DNA of 62,399 nt, the filler included, from Sphacelaria rigidula (taxonomy: Eukaryota), in assembly GCA_964200075.2 (NCBI GenBank). It is 11 parts of 11 records of this genome, joined end to end, with 100 filler letters (N's around TTAATTAATTAA, not from the genome) between each part and the next. Parts side by side here need not be neighbours in the genome. Positions count along the whole stretch, not along the records: positions 11,366 to 16,947 come from CAXNAA020026121.1; positions 17,048 to 22,629 come from CAXNAA020026122.1; positions 22,730 to 28,311 come from CAXNAA020026123.1; 8 more parts are not named here. One strand, written 5' to 3'. The position numbers were made by a program, and so were the translations under genes. The notes beneath the pieces were generated by a model that searched no databases, was not told the origin of the DNA, and saw only the letters and a program-made list of their open reading frames with translations. Positions 12,447 through 26,415 of the stretch are shown here, piece by piece. How positions within the stretch are numbered: the first letter of the stretch is position 1; every line of letters begins with the position of its first letter.

Positions 12447-12485
12447 GCTCAGTTAAAGTGCGACAATCAATCAATCAATCAATCA
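12447..12485 (+). mobile_element. Very short 5'-truncated retroposon 3' end with (ATCA)n tail; same family at 32990-33083 (+) and 52421-52480 (-), related family at 43084-43155 (-)
   Basis: Shared core TGACCACGGCTGGATCCCTGG.GGGTCAGTT.AAGTGCGAC.ATCAATC followed by tetranucleotide tails, as is typical of RTE-type LINE/SINE ends. This copy has only the last part of the core. Confidence 0.75.
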
Positions 12486-14814
12486 TGCAGCCAAATATGC
12501 TGCGGAAAATGGCCGCACCAAAAAAAGCAGATTTGACCCAAGGAGCATACATCATGGACAAAAAGCACGGTGGAGTCATGCAACGGTCTTACGTTTGGCC
12601 AACAGTGAAGTATTTCCCGCCGGGTTTTGTCCAGTATTGTGGATCATGCAACAATCTACCGGCAGCGCACCGTGACCTTCGAAATGAGCCAGATGTGCAA
12701 AAAAAACGGTCCACGAATAAAATAATGCTCAGGCGTAGAGTTAAGAGTCATGTATCCACGTTACATATTTGCTCAACCTCTCAGAGAACCTTGAGAACGA
12801 GTTGCTAAATGTTTTGAAGAAGAACACGGTAAAGCTTTCGATCCCAAACATGTGGGGTTCAACATATACGGTGGTAGTATCGGGCGAAAATTCCCAAATA
12901 CCCATAATTTCTGTGGTCGATTTTGAAATGTCTCACGGGCTAACCGGTCGTCCGGTGTCCTACTCGTATACAGCGCCAAAACTTTGGCCCGTTCACGTTT
13001 TTGATGGACCGAACCACTTCCGATCGTTGTGGTGCACAACTGCATTGCCCAGTTTTATGCCAACTTTTCGCTACTCATTGCTCTACAGCCGGAAAATCGT
13101 GTTTTTGAAATCAAACGCGTTCAATGAACATTCGCCAAACCGATTATTCTCACAGGCCCGACGTCACAAAAGTGGGGAATGCGTCTAGTACACGACAGGC
13201 TTATTTTTTCCCGAGGCCTTCATACCGATTGTAGGAACTTCTTAGTGAAAATGACAGATCATGTGCGGAACAACCCCGATTGAGTGGGTTCGGTATCCAA
13301 AGGTTCAACTACTTTAGAAGGTTTTCGCAGCGTTTTACGAACAGGTCTGTCGCCCAATATTAGATATTGCAACATGTGCTTCTGGACGCGGCGCAAATGA
13401 ACGGAGGCATAAGTCAAGCTGGACCCGTACCCGTGTGCATCTCAAAGCGGGCGTACCTCCACACGTATATTTTGTCTGCGACACCCGGTCAACAATGAGG
13501 AAATACCATCCTCCTACTGATTGTATGATTGAGTACTACGGTGTTGGTTCTTTTCCACACGACCGTAGTGACACGAACATCACTCTCACGCTATATAACA
13601 CCCTTCCGAAACACATCCCCGGGTGATTCATTATTGGCTTTTCTCTGGTAGCATGGCATCTGCAGTGTAGTGAAGGGTCCCGCCAAAGCACGTTCCCTGT
13701 GAAGTACGGTATCAATATCAAGCAGTTGCACTGTACCTGAACACCCTCCGCCCTGAGTACATGGAGGGGAAATATACAATAAGGGGTATACCCCCCACAA
13801 ACTTTAACCGGAATGCGGAAACACAAAATATTGTCTAGGAGGATGCCCCGTGGGTCTGTACAGGCCTGCCACGTCTCCCGCCCTGTCCGACCGTTAGCAC
13901 TGCCAAGTAGTATCACGGTGGTTAATTACTCCCGATTAATTGTAGTCGCACTTGGAACAGAAAGCTTCGGCAGCGAACACCAAAATATTCAAGTGTGCTG
14001 CACTTGGATAGCTGTATCTCTCTTTCGTCCCACCCTTGACCTTTGAGCCGCTGGGGCCGGTTCGGGCTGGCCGAGGTAGTGACCCATGGAAAGATACAGA
14101 AATTCGGCTAGCATGGAAGTTCAGTAACACCTCCTGCCAAATTGCTCCATACCACAGTCGTGCGGGGCGGGTGGCTTCTATTGTCGGAACTACTCTCGCG
14201 CGTGTACGCCTCAAGGTGGTTACCACCCGTGACACAGTCGATCCCCTCCCCCGACCGTAAACCCCGAATCATCAATCACCGAGGCCGGGTTGGGCCAGCT
14301 GAAGGCAGTGACACCTGTTAGGGTACAGCACTCGACTTGTGTGGAGAAAAAGTGTCTCCTTCGGTGAAACTGCTCCGTGACACAGGAGGGCGGGATTGAT
14401 TGACAACCACTATGACACTGCCTGCACCAGACGGTGGTTACCACCCGTTACATTGCTGTCACGTGGCAATGATGCCGCAATATGCCGCACCCTTCCCGCC
14501 GGGGATCGCTAATCTGGCTCATCATGGCCACCGCCTAAAGTACTTTTGCCACGGCTCCAAGAGCAGGCGGCGACGTGCGTGTAAGCCTAAAGTCGACTTG
14601 GAGGAGGTCGACGTGCTCGGGGTCCGCTGAGCCCGGTGCAGGATGATCAAGGCAGGGACCGAAGTAGGCGGGAGAGAGCGTGAAGGCAAAGAGTAGTCCA
14701 CGAATGGTGGATCAGACACCCGAAGAAAAGGAACAGAGATGAGAAAGATGAGGAGGGAAAGGCCAGCTCGGCGAGCGGCCACAGCACAGGCTCGCGCTAA
14801 TCGCTCCGCTGTAA

Positions 14815-16865
14815 CGGCGGTGTCTCGGTCCGAAGAGCTAGTGGTTGCCACCTGGACTGCACGCACCATGGCTGAGAGGAGCCAACGCTGCAGGCCACGC
14901 AGAGGACCTGGTGCTCTTTGCATCCAAGTACGACTGTAACTTCGTCGCCCTTAAAGAGACCCGTTGCGATATAAGAACAACCGTTCATACGCCAACCGCG
15001 GAGTACATCATTCACTGCAGCGGCCGCTGCAGTGAAAACGGAGATCAACCGGGCATGCTCGGTGTCGGCCTTGCCATCAACGAGTCTATCGCCAACACGC
15101 AATGCCCAGAAGGCATCGTCCCCGGACACGTGAGTGCAAGGATGCTTATGAAGCGAGTGCTTTTCAGGCATGGAGTTGCCACGACCTTCATTGTGGGGTA
15201 TGCTGCCACTGAGACAGCACCCACGTACCTATGAGAAGACCAAGTTCTGAAAGACACTTGTTAGTTCTATTGCTGAAGTGCCCACCTCTGAGCACTTGGT
15301 ACTTCGGATGGATGTCATTGCTCCCACTGGATAAAGAGAAGGAAGGTGATGTCTAAATATTGGGAGAGTATGGCGGAGACACCTAGAACGATGGAGGTGG
15401 ACGTCCGTTAAAAATTCGCTGCGGAAAGTAAAATGTCGATCACCACATTTGTTCGCTCGCCAACTAGCGGGGAAAGCTCGGCCGCGTACACATATGAGGA
15501 GTCGAAGGCCGGACACCGCTGCCGTCCGAAGTACACCCTGGTACGTCAGCAAGACCGAAGACTCGTCCGAATCGTCGCTGTGCATCCCAAGATGAAATCG
15601 AATCGTAGACGCGTCTCAATTACCACCCGTATCTTCCGATGGAGGTCACCGAACCACCGACCAAAACCGAGAGACGGGACAGCGGAATGCGCATCGACCG
15701 GAAAATCCTCACACCCGGCCGACGTTGGAGAGCGGTTGTGTCGCAGACCATGGTTACGGAGCTCCGAATGCCACCACCTCCACCACAATCCTGGAGGTCA
15801 ACGACATGGCATCGACCTTCGCCAACGCCCTACGGCAGACCGCCGCGAATACTATCCCACGTTGCCCGAAGGAACCCCCATCTAAAGGTCTCCATGAGTC
15901 GCCGCAGGCTTAGGATCGCCTCTAAGAGGCGTGGAAGATCATGGAATGTGTACGGGAGAAACTATGCGCCAGCCCCAAAAACCCAGACCTGAAAACGACG
16001 CTAAAGGTGACGGACATGGTGTTCAAGCGGTGAAGGGTGCTGAACTGCAGAACTTTATTCACGAGTTCACCGTCAGGACAGCAGAATTTTCTCGTACGAA
16101 GGACTAAGCAGGGCTGTACCAACACATGAAGTCCTTGCAATTGGGAGGGGAGAGGAGGTGTGGCTCAACCTACATCAGGAGCGCGACTGACAAGTTGTTG
16201 CGGGACAAGCGAGCTATGGAAGTAGTGGTTTGAAACGCTCCCGAACGCAATCTCGCCTGCGCTCTACCACGCTGCCATCGACGTCATCGAACAGATGCCG
16301 AAGCATGCAACACTCGCGGCCGACGAGCGCTCAATGGAAGCAGTGGAGGAAGCAGTGGGCAAACTGGTGAAGGGCAAGGCCGTTGGGACTTACAGCATCT
16401 GTGGCGAACCATGTCGTTGGCACGTCGGTGCTATTTATGTAGTTTGTTGTAGTTGCCGCATCCGCGAGGGTCCTGTTTCTTAAACGGCACTTCGATTCTA
16501 GTGTCTTTCCAGTCAGCTCGACCGCACCGCGGACACTGCCATCCTGAAGTGCCTCCACGGCATCGTGCTAGTTGGCGTCAGGAAGTAGTAACCCCAGGAA
16601 TGGAAGTACGCGATCATCAAGGTGCTGTTCAAGGAACAGGACCCGCACAAAGTCGCCAACTACTGAGGTATCTCGCCAGGGTCCCACGCGGGCGACGTGG
16701 TTCTCAAGATACTTGTGACTCGCCTTAGCGCCTACTGCGAGTGAACGGGAATCCTCCCAGGAAATCAATGCTACTTCCGACGTGGCCGGTCAACAGTCGA
16801 GATGATGTATGTTGTGCGCAGACTCCAAGAACTGGTCAGAAGAGAATATTCCACTGTACATTTTT
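14815..16865 (+). mobile_element. Decayed RTE-clade LINE (endonuclease plus N-terminal half of RT), truncated near the contig end
   Basis: APE motifs LVVATWTARTM, FVALKETR, GVGLAIN, VSARML and IVGYAATE. RT-region motifs LVKGKAVG, PQEWKYAIIKVLFK, ANY*GIS and ILPGNQCYFRRGRSTVEMMYVVRRLQE. Multiple stops and frameshifts. Confidence 0.9.
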
Positions 16866-17729
16866 TCTCTCTCCGTTGAACTCGGGGAGCTACTTCTCTC
16901 CGGTTTTCGTGGCGTCGCTCTTCTTATTTTCTTTATTTTTTCTTTATNNNNNNNNNNNNNNNNNNNNNNNNNNNNNNNNNNNNNNNNNNNNTTAATTAAT
17001 TAANNNNNNNNNNNNNNNNNNNNNNNNNNNNNNNNNNNNNNNNNNNNGCATACTCCCTTGCACGTTTTGGGCATTTCTCAGCTACCGAGATCAACTGCCT
17101 ATATACCGCTTCTTAATCCCCGCCCACTACATACATGTTGACTGCACCCTCAAAAGTCATCGCCAGAGGGATAAGCAGAACTCATGACAGTAGATCCTTT
17201 TTGTCTTTCCACAGCCCACCTGGTTTAGGGCGTGGTGAAAATGACCACATTGTATAATGTACACTCCTTCCCGACTTTTCCGGTCGACCCTGTGTTAGTG
17301 TAAATTTACTACGTTTTGGTAGAGAATTGAGACCCAAAAAACCCACCGGAAAACTCGGGAACGGTATACTGAGTGCAAGTCATATCATATAACCAAGCTC
17401 CGACCGCCCTGCACTTGAAAACCTGCGAAGGCTTATCTGGGCCAGGGATAGGGTCCCCACACGATCTTTACAGTGGCCAACAACCCCAGCACTGGTCGTT
17501 CGGGTCTGGTCGATAAATTTCGCCTCCCGGTGATTGGGCAGGTCGCTCGAAGACTTGTTTTTTAATATTTCACCAACACAGGGTCAACTCTGTGTTAGTG
17601 GAGGGTCGGTCCCAAAAGGGCTAATACCACTGATTTAACTGGAAATGGAGATACCCTACTACTGGCGACGGGAGCGCCAGTTGTTCCGTATACTTGTGGT
17701 TTGCCGTTGCCGTTTTCGGCAATTTTCAC

Positions 17730-17900
17730 ACCAATCTTAGTATATGGTATATTAATAACAAAGATGCTAACTACTCGTGCTACAGTAGAGCGCCTGTTTT
17801 CACCCGTGGGGAATGTGGAGACGATGATTCGTAACTTGCCGAGCCCCGAGCACGTTGAACTGTTGGTTTTCTTGCTTAGCATATGGCAAGTTGCTGAGGG
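17730..17900 (+). pseudogene. hAT transposase C-terminal dimerisation domain remnant
   Basis: TTRATVERLFSPVGNVETMIRNLPSPEHVELLVFL matches the hAT consensus (P)ATSA.VER.FS.AG...T..RN.LS...VE.L.FL. Confidence 0.75.
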
Positions 17901-20299
17901 ATGTGGAGTATCAATTGAGACGGAGGGCGCTTCGAAGGTGTCGACGGGAATTGTTTGCATCACTGACGCGTGAAGCAACGGTGCACAGCTTCATTCTTCC
18001 GTGTTTCGGCCGATTTGTACAGCATACGTCTGGCGCTCTGTGATAGTACAACAGCACATGAAGAACAAGTTTGCCCTGAGCCAGTCACTAGCTGATTACT
18101 CCAGGTGGTTCTTGCTTGCTTTCGTCCTGTCCGCTTCGTTGGTATCTCGTGGTTCTACGGTTTGCCGTGTTTTGACCATAGCGTGTAGGCCGACGGCCGG
18201 TCGGTCGTATGAGAAAAGTGAAGAAAAAGGATTCGTGACTTGTCCACGTTGGGACGCTTGACGCGGCACTGCCGAACGCCAAACACCAATGGCCAATTGC
18301 CAATTCCATGATGAAGAGCGTCCTGAACATCATGAAACACATGCTCACCACACCTCGGAGTACTACAGCGAATATACGCCAAGGTGTGTCGTTTCATGGC
18401 ACGACATCCGAAAACAGAAATAACGAACGGATCCCGCGACAACACAAAACAAAATGCAACCATCGCCATATTTTCCTTTGACCACATGCGTGTTCATTGG
18501 CCTGGACGTGCAGAAATTGCGCTGTAATCCCCACGTGACGCCAGCCTCGACATCCTTGTTCCCATCCTCCGCTCCCCGAGGAGAGTCTCTGCCGCGTCAT
18601 GCTACGGAGGAATGATGCTGGAGCCGCTCACTGCTTTGAATGAGGTTCCAATAATGTCATCTAAGCCTCTCAGCTCCTCAATGTGAGGGATCACATTTCT
18701 AGTGACCATCAACAATCCTCGAAGAAGGGGAAACAAGCCAGACACGGCATGCTTTCCTGCCTCCGGCGGCGCTCCCGCGAGGCCCCCTCACCAGCCGGGG
18801 GGGATCGTTGGGGCTTGCGGCTTCGCCGCTCGCCGCCGATATTTTCCCAGTTAATTGATGCACTGGCCGCTGGCGCGGCCAGATATAACTTAAATGGCCA
18901 GAGCTGCTAGTGCACAGCCCTAGTACTTCTGGCACTTCGTCGAAGTACATCAACAGTGGTGGTGTTGACGATAATAGTAGGAGTAAAAATAACAAAAAAA
19001 AACATGCATATTCCGTCCCATAAGTTGGGTGAAATATGGGGTGCGGATCATATTTCCTCAGCAGAGGTACGTGACGATGCTATGCTTAGGCTCATAGGAA
19101 AGACACCACGTAGACGATGCTATACAAAAAACTTCAGAAACGGGGCTATATTTCTAAACAAAAATAGCTCAAAATGTATCCCATTTTGGGACGTTTTTTG
19201 GAATGTTCGGGGAATTTTGTGGCAGTAATATTTATATATATATATATATATACGGGCATACTAGGGTGAGGGTGCGGCAGAGAGCGGGGACGTCGGAAAT
19301 GGTGGTCAACAAGGCCTTGGGATTACTGTATCTAGCATCAAGCCCCAGTGAGGACGAGGACGACTGCTTGTTCTCCATGTTGGGGCGAAATGCCTGTTTT
19401 CGAGCCGACTCAACTTTATCGGTCGTTCGGCCGCATAGCGTAAATGGACGCCGGTAAAATAAAATAAAAAGTGGGGATTGTACTAAATACAAAAACAAAA
19501 AAAAACGCTTTAAAGGACGCAAAACGAATCCGACACGGTGACGGGCCTTACTTGACAGAGGAAGCTCATACTTCTTGTCTCATTTTCCAAGTGCTTCGCC
19601 TCCTCGGAACGAGTGGTCTCATGGGAACAGCCCATCTCGCCCACGGTGAGGGACATGATAAATAAACATAGCTATGCGAGGGATCGCTCGTGACGACATC
19701 ACATCGCAGAATCGTCACCATACAGTACTCAGGACTACAAGTGTCCCCGCCGTTCCCCGCTCTTCACTGAGAAATAAAAGACCCCGCTATCGGTATTTTA
19801 TGCTACAGAAGGTGACCGGGGGCGGCTCTAAGCAATCTTATTGTGCAGTCAGCAATCGAAAGAGACCGAGCACCAACACACAACAGGCGTGACAGCACCA
19901 CAACAATAAGCCACAAAACATGAAAAGAGAACACGTTCTCGGAGAGTGATGGAGATTTAGTCTCCACGAATCCAACCACCGTACGAGGGGGAAAAAAAAA
20001 CTGAAACGGGCCAAATAGAAGAAAAAACAAATGAAGAGCACCAGTTCAGCAAACAGCACAGCAGCAGCTGGTCAAAAGTAAGAAACATTTTGTAAGCAGT
20101 GCAGTACTTCTGTACAATCAACCGATCGGTCATCCCACCTCGTCCACCCGGAACATGTAATCGCTTCCAATCTGCATGTCGTGGTACATCTTTTCTCGCT
20201 TGTCGGCAACAGCATTGCCGATGATCTCCCCTCTGCCAAGCAATATAACAGGGTGACAGCGGGGTCACGACAACGACAGCGACGGGGAGGGGCGAACGG

Positions 20300-20475
20300 G
20301 TGACATACTGGACCAGGACACATCTGTGACTGACTGGACAAGGACAAACCTGACTAACTAGAGAACGACATACCTGTGCGACTGGGCAATGACGTGCCTG
20401 TGACAGGACAATGACATACATGTGACTGGACAATGGCATACCTGTGTAACTGGACAATGACATACTTGTGTGACC
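20300..20475 (+). repeat. Short diverged minisatellite, unit about 21-25 bp
   Basis: TGTGACTGGACAATGACATAC-like units repeated about 7 times. Confidence 0.75.
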
Positions 20476-22018
20476 GACTAGACGATGTCAAAGTGTAAAG
20501 ATGCGCTTCGTGTGGACTGCTCATGAGTGGTTTTGTAATTTGTTAATCGACACCGACGAGAGAGAAACACGACCCGCCTCCGACTTCGCTTGGGGGTCAC
20601 GGCCGTAACCTGCCTCCTCATGGACCAGGGAACATCGACGCAAGGGGGTGCACTGTAGTACCCTTTATATTTATCTGATGATTGATGCGAAGTGCGTGAA
20701 ACTGATATACAGAAGGCAAGTAAGTAGCCCAAACAGCTAATTTTAACACAATGCTCTCTAGAAAAAGATCTACTATGCTCAGGGACCAAATCCGACCTCT
20801 GGACAAGGACGAAACTCAACAGTCTATTTTAAAAAATGGGATTGACCACGAGGTAGTGATTTGAACCCTTGCTCGATTCACTATTGTAGCGAATAAATCC
20901 AAGATACGTAGACTCCCAACACTGTACATGACTCCCACAATTCTTTCGAGACACTTTCCTCAATATTTGCTTCCGCCGAAACTTGCGAACGGTGGCGAAG
21001 ATATAGAAGCCAAAGCAGTTTATCGTTGTTCTTGCGTTTGAGGTCAGCTAAACGTCCACCAACTTTCAACGCAATCGGACAAGAACTCTTGCGTCTTCAT
21101 TCTTGTACGAAATCGTCACCGACGGGTACCCCCCACCGGGCCATTATTGTTGGGTGGATTTTGCTCCCCCGGACCACCCATTTTTTCATGGGACTATACG
21201 ACATATGCTGTTTACTCTTGGTTACCGCAAGCGAGTGATGCCGCGATTGCCCCCCCCCCTTCCCCCCCCCCCGTCCTACATGCAAGATCATGAGTATTTG
21301 GTATCCCGGGATATAGTACCCCACGTTCGAAATGGGCACAGGCTAAGTTGGGATTTTTCTCCCGTAAACTCTTCGATAAAACTCGAATCTGCTACGAGTA
21401 TTGCTAGCGTTGATAGATTTTGGTACGATAAACAGATCGTCTTCCCCCCCCAGTGCCCAAGTTTTATCAGTCGATATTATCGGGCGATACCGGTAAATAC
21501 CCCGTTTATGACGAGGGTGGTTTTGACATTGAAACACAGTTATTCGGTTCTAGTGCAATAAGTAGGTAGAAATAAAAGAAAAAGCAAGCCTGTCCATTTC
21601 TTCACAAATACGATCGGGACAGGCTCCATCGACGGGAACTACCGAAGAGTCCGAACCTGGGCTGAAAAGTGGCTGGACCCCCGATGACCGGTCAGCCCAC
21701 AATTCACTCAATATCGAGTACAGATGAATCCTTCTTGGAACGTGGAGCGCATACCATTGTCTTCAGGTCCCCGATGTGATGAGCAATGGCAAGCGAAAGA
21801 ACTTGATAAAATTGCCAATCACGAAGAAATCACCAAATTTACCACTTCGAACGTGGGGTACTGTAGTTCGACATGATGAAAGTGCCCGGGTGTGGCCGAT
21901 CAGAGCACGCGGCGCACGAGGGAATGCACTGATCGTGCTATTTTTTGCTGCTGTTCCTCCTTCGCGCTGGAAATATTTTCTTGAGTAATGGGAACAGCCT
22001 GTATCCCGTAATGCACAC

Positions 22019-22174
22019 CTGTACTCTATGACGAGATCACCCGCGGCTATCGGCTCGTCGGCGAACACTCCCCAGGCGTGAACGGAAGATCGCCCGAAGC
22101 GCAGCTTTTTCCGGCGGCTCTGTAGCACGTCCAGATTCAGCAGCCCAGCGTCTACCAGCTCTTGCCCTTGTCGC
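22019..22174 (-). CDS. Internal exon of a SET-domain histone-lysine methyltransferase, SET1/Trithorax (H3K4) type
   Basis: Reads [51 protein letters not shown], the N-SET/SET junction typical of SET1. It has an AAG acceptor and an AG|GTGTGC donor, and is 156 bp long. Confidence 0.88.
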
Positions 22175-24103
22175 CTTGATCATGAGGAAGATTGAGTAAA
22201 ATAGAGAAGGATGGCGAGGCACGAGTGACAACAAAGGACAATGAGACGACACGATAGGACACACGACAAAACAAACCACGCAACAGACAAGAAAAAGTAA
22301 AAAGCCCTTCAAAAGCCCTTCAGAAGTTCTTCAGAAGAAAAACAGAGCTCGCGACACAGCATCCAACATGGGTCCCTCTTTTCCGTACGTGTACAAGAAT
22401 ACATGCAGTATTGAAAATACAGTTCTGCAGCACGCCACGTTTGTGTCCCCCCTGCGCGTTCTTTTCTTCATCGCGCAAATAGCCTTGCAGCACTTGAAGC
22501 ACGGCGACAATCCAATCCATCCATCCATTCCTCATTCTTTCATCGCGGCCGCCGAACGTGCGACTAATGCCGAGATAGCCTCTCCCACAAAAAGTGCACC
22601 GGAGACCGTCCGACAAACCGGCTGCGATCNNNNNNNNNNNNNNNNNNNNNNNNNNNNNNNNNNNNNNNNNNNNTTAATTAATTAANNNNNNNNNNNNNNN
22701 NNNNNNNNNNNNNNNNNNNNNNNNNNNNNCCCATTCCCCCCCTTCCCCCTACGCCACCCTCTTTCGTTCGCCTGCTTATATTTAAAATATTAAGGGCTTG
22801 CCCGACAGACCCCCCCCCCCCCCCCCCCTCCCACACACCTCTCGCAATTGCAATCCAACATGTCCTTGATATCTTCGTTCGATATCACACGCCTGCCGCG
22901 TATTCAACTGCTCAGCGTTGGGGTCAGTGAAGGCTCGGGAAGAAGAGAGAACCGCCACCTCGGCTCTGGCGTCTCCCGCAGTGGATACTTGGGGCTCGGT
23001 CTCACGTGCATCCATGCAAGGTGAACCGCCTGGTTGAAGAACCTTCCTTGAAGTCTGCTGTCATATTTACGCAGTGCGTCCCCGACAATTCCTACATGAG
23101 GATGTCGAGAATCTAGACGATGCAGTCTAAATTCATGAGTCGTTGCAGCAAACTCCTCGATATGACGGTTCAAGGGAATCACGAACAACGCTATTTTTCA
23201 CAGTGTACCTGTTCTGGCGTATCGTACACTTGTCTGAGGCAACTTTCAAGTAAGACGTCTCTGGAGTAGGCGTGTTGCCATGATTCGGCACAATGAGATC
23301 ATTTCGTACAGGGGCCAGGGAAACTAAAGAATACGAGTACCTCATGCGTGAGATTGCAGTCGAGCCAAGCTAAGAGTTGGCAAGACTACCGCTTCGGCAG
23401 CCATGTGGTGTTTGAACCAGATGGCATAGCTTGATTGGACGTACGTCTGCAGAATTGAGTTTGTTGCTGAAAGTGTTCCGAGTATTGAACATGATTTCGA
23501 TCGCCACCGATCTTACACTCTCCCAAGCTTACCCAGTCTTCACTCCAGGTCTGCGTAACAAAAGCGATTTGTTTTGGTTTCGGCCAGAAGCGCCAAGGGT
23601 CTAGTAAGGCGGTGCCACAAGATCTAATATTTCCAACAGAAGGCCTCTCGCCCGCGCCCTCATTTGTCCTTCGAACGGTTGCACATTTTTTGGTGTACTG
23701 AGGTGGAATATACTGAGAGAAGGTCGAGTAGAGTATACTCAAATGCGGGGTGTTTCGAAAGACGTAGTTGAGATGCTTGAATTAGGGTGGATTGTCGTAC
23801 CCGAAAAAACACTTTCCAAATACGTTGCAATTGAGAAAACTCTACTCGACCTGCTCTTGGAATATACCTGCCACCGATTCGGTTTGAGGGTAATTTCTCG
23901 GGAACTTGACCGGGATTCGCCATCAGTCCAAAATAATTCTGTAGATGACCTCGAAATGGAATACAGCTCATCAGGTAACGGAGTGTTATCAACTGAGGGT
24001 TACGTTCATTCGATGGCGTTCCCGGTCGCGACGTTGCTGCACAAGAACGGTGTTGCCGCCGGCCCTTCGACCAACCCCTTGTCGCATTTCGTTGATGCAA
24101 CAG

Positions 24104-26415
24104 GGCGAGAAGACAGGAGTCTCCGGAGACGGCGGAGGAGGCGTGGAGGGAGGAGGAGGCGCGGTAGGGGAGGAGGGAGGAGGAGGCGCCGTAGGGGAGG
24201 AGGGAGAAGGAGGAGATTCCCCCGTGAGTGCAACCCTCACTCCCCGGTAGCTATCGTGGGCATGGGTCGAATTTCGTCGAATCTCGTCGTGCGTGTTGCC
24301 TGCACTAGGCGCCGACACAAGCGAGATACTGTGCAGCATAACCCGCCGCTCAGCCCATTCCCGGGTGGGTAGCATAACAAGACTGCAATAATACTCCCAC
24401 CACGAGCTAGGTTCACGTTGTCGCTTCGCCGTTGAACTTGGATTTGCTCGCTCTGGTGCCCCCAACACGGGCACATGCAGGGTACAAGATACCTACGCAG
24501 ACTCCTCAACCCACGCCGGCTCCTACAGTTCAGCCGACACCGTCTCCTACCCCCCCGCCGACTCCCATCCCGACGCCGACGCCGAGCCCGACAGCGGTTC
24601 CAGTACCACGTGGTAAGGACACATTTCACAACCTGCTGGTTTTTTTTGTCGTTCCTCAATCGGATACTGTCAGGTCCCCGCTTCTCTCGAGATGATAAGT
24701 ATGTAAAAATCTAGCATTTTCCCGGAGATGCCTTAATTTTTCAAAAGTCGGACGCAACATGACTCATCTGAAAATCAAGATTGTGGTTGATCCACACCGT
24801 ACTAATGGATCCTTCGTGATGTTGGTCACTGTTGCACTCCAGGTACGCGCACCCCAGAAACGTCGAAACAGCGTCTCGGCTCGTCTGAACCAGTTTGTTT
24901 CGTTCTAGCGATCAGACCCCATAACTCCTATATTTTGTGGTTCGAATCGCCGATGGTTCGTCCGAACATTGCAGTGTGTAATGCGTGAGAGGACCGCGCC
25001 GTCGTAAAAAAACCCCTCTGTGTATCGAAGTTTTTCAAAACCAATCGGGCCAGTCCCTGCAGGAACCACGCCCCTGACCAAAACACCAACATAAACCCTT
25101 ACCCTAACCACCCTAACCGCATATATATTCAACTTCCGATGCGGTCTAAGCACGCTGTCCTCTCACGCATTACTCAGTGTTCAACATTGCCTCTCCATGC
25201 TAGAAAGGTTTGCTCTCAGGAGATATCGAACATGTATCACGTCACAGAACCCCTCGATGTTCGACTGTTGATCCGCACGTGTCGCGGGCGTCGCAGCTTG
25301 CGCCAGTGTCCCAGTCACCATCATTGGGGTCTCGTCGCTCAGCCTGGTAACACCTACGGGAGTTCAGTGGGGAGTAGCGAACATCAACAGGACCGGCACT
25401 CAGGTAAACAGGTCACGTCCGCCGAACCGATGGTGAATGTGAGCTCATGTAAGTGCACTCGAATCAGAGTTTCACACTCCCAACGGCGTTCAGTCTTGAG
25501 CAGGATCGATAGGTCCGACAACAGTAACAGCCATGCGTCGACGAGTCCAAAAGCGTACCCGCACCCTGATTCCTGCTGCTAGTATCGATAGAAGACACTC
25601 GTGGCGAGTGTCTTCAGACTTTGACCGCACTACTGATGCGCTCCTCTCTCGTTGCCGTTGCAACATTTCTGTTTTTCCTCGGCAGGTCATCATCATATCT
25701 CTCACGGAGCTCAACCAGAACATCCCGCTCGCCCAGTCGAACCCATTCGTCGTTGGATTTGTCGGGAATAGCGCCGTCGTTAGGTCACCCACCTTTTTTT
25801 CCACCTACACCGTAGTCTACAGTCCGTTGGCGCAACCGTCCTTCTTATGTGCGTTGGGCGCAGCCGACTGCATAGTGTGCCTATTTTACGAAGGTGAGAA
25901 ATGTAGTTGTGGTGGGGAGAACCACTGTCTGCAACCGTGACTGAATCCGAGCGTCCGCTTATTACACGACCCGACTCAGGATGGCTGAGTGTTTCCGTGC
26001 AGTGTTGTAGGGAGGTTCATGTGTGAGCTCACGACTTGACGTTCATGGCATCTTCAAAATATTCCACGGTGTAATATTGTATGTATCAACCAAAGATCCA
26101 CTCAAATCCGCAAGATCCGCTCAAATCCGCGACATGCTGACGTGGCACCCTCACGAAACTCTGTCGCTGACGCAAAACCCTCGGGGTGCCTCTTCGGGTA
26201 TTTTGAAAAAAGGGATTTGTGGAAAATCCATCCCACCCATCATCTCATCACTTGATCGAGAGTCTTCCAACAAAAGAACCGTCACGTTTAGGCTCATCTC
26301 CTTTGTGATATTTTATTACACGGTCCTCTCTCTTTCGCTCGCTCTCCTCCTCAGGCTGATGAGGACGACCCGTCGGGTTCTTGTGAGGGTGTAGGAGAAT
26401 GCGACGGTCAGGGGT
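24104..26415 (+). CDS. Multi-exon fragment of an unknown Pro/Thr-rich, Cys-containing, probably extracellular protein (exons about 24104-24223, 24481 or 24501 to 24612, 25297-25403, 25686-25893, possibly about 26355-26412)
   Basis: Canonical CAG| and |GTGAG, GTAAG or GTAAA boundaries. The join TPQPTPAPTVQPTPSPTPPPTPIPTPTPSPTAVPVPR-ACASVPVTIIGVSS...RTGTQ-VIIISLTELNQNIP...CIVCLFYE is phase-consistent. Confidence 0.6.
24977..25174. mobile_element. About 200-bp MITE with TGTAATGCGTGAGAGGACCGCG TIR (Ginger-like), 5-bp TSD CAGTG
   Basis: Imperfect TIR at both ends, CAGTG at 24972-24976 and 25175-25179, and an internal CCCTAA-like tract. Confidence 0.8.

Noticed and set aside
11578..12474. Minus-strand Pro-rich ORFs
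   Set aside because: Antisense shadows of the GC-rich plus-strand exon, which has the proper splice signals.
22900..23990. Possible decayed gene or viral relic (several 70-210 aa ORFs on both strands)
   Set aside because: No recognisable motif in any frame, so it cannot be supported without a database search.
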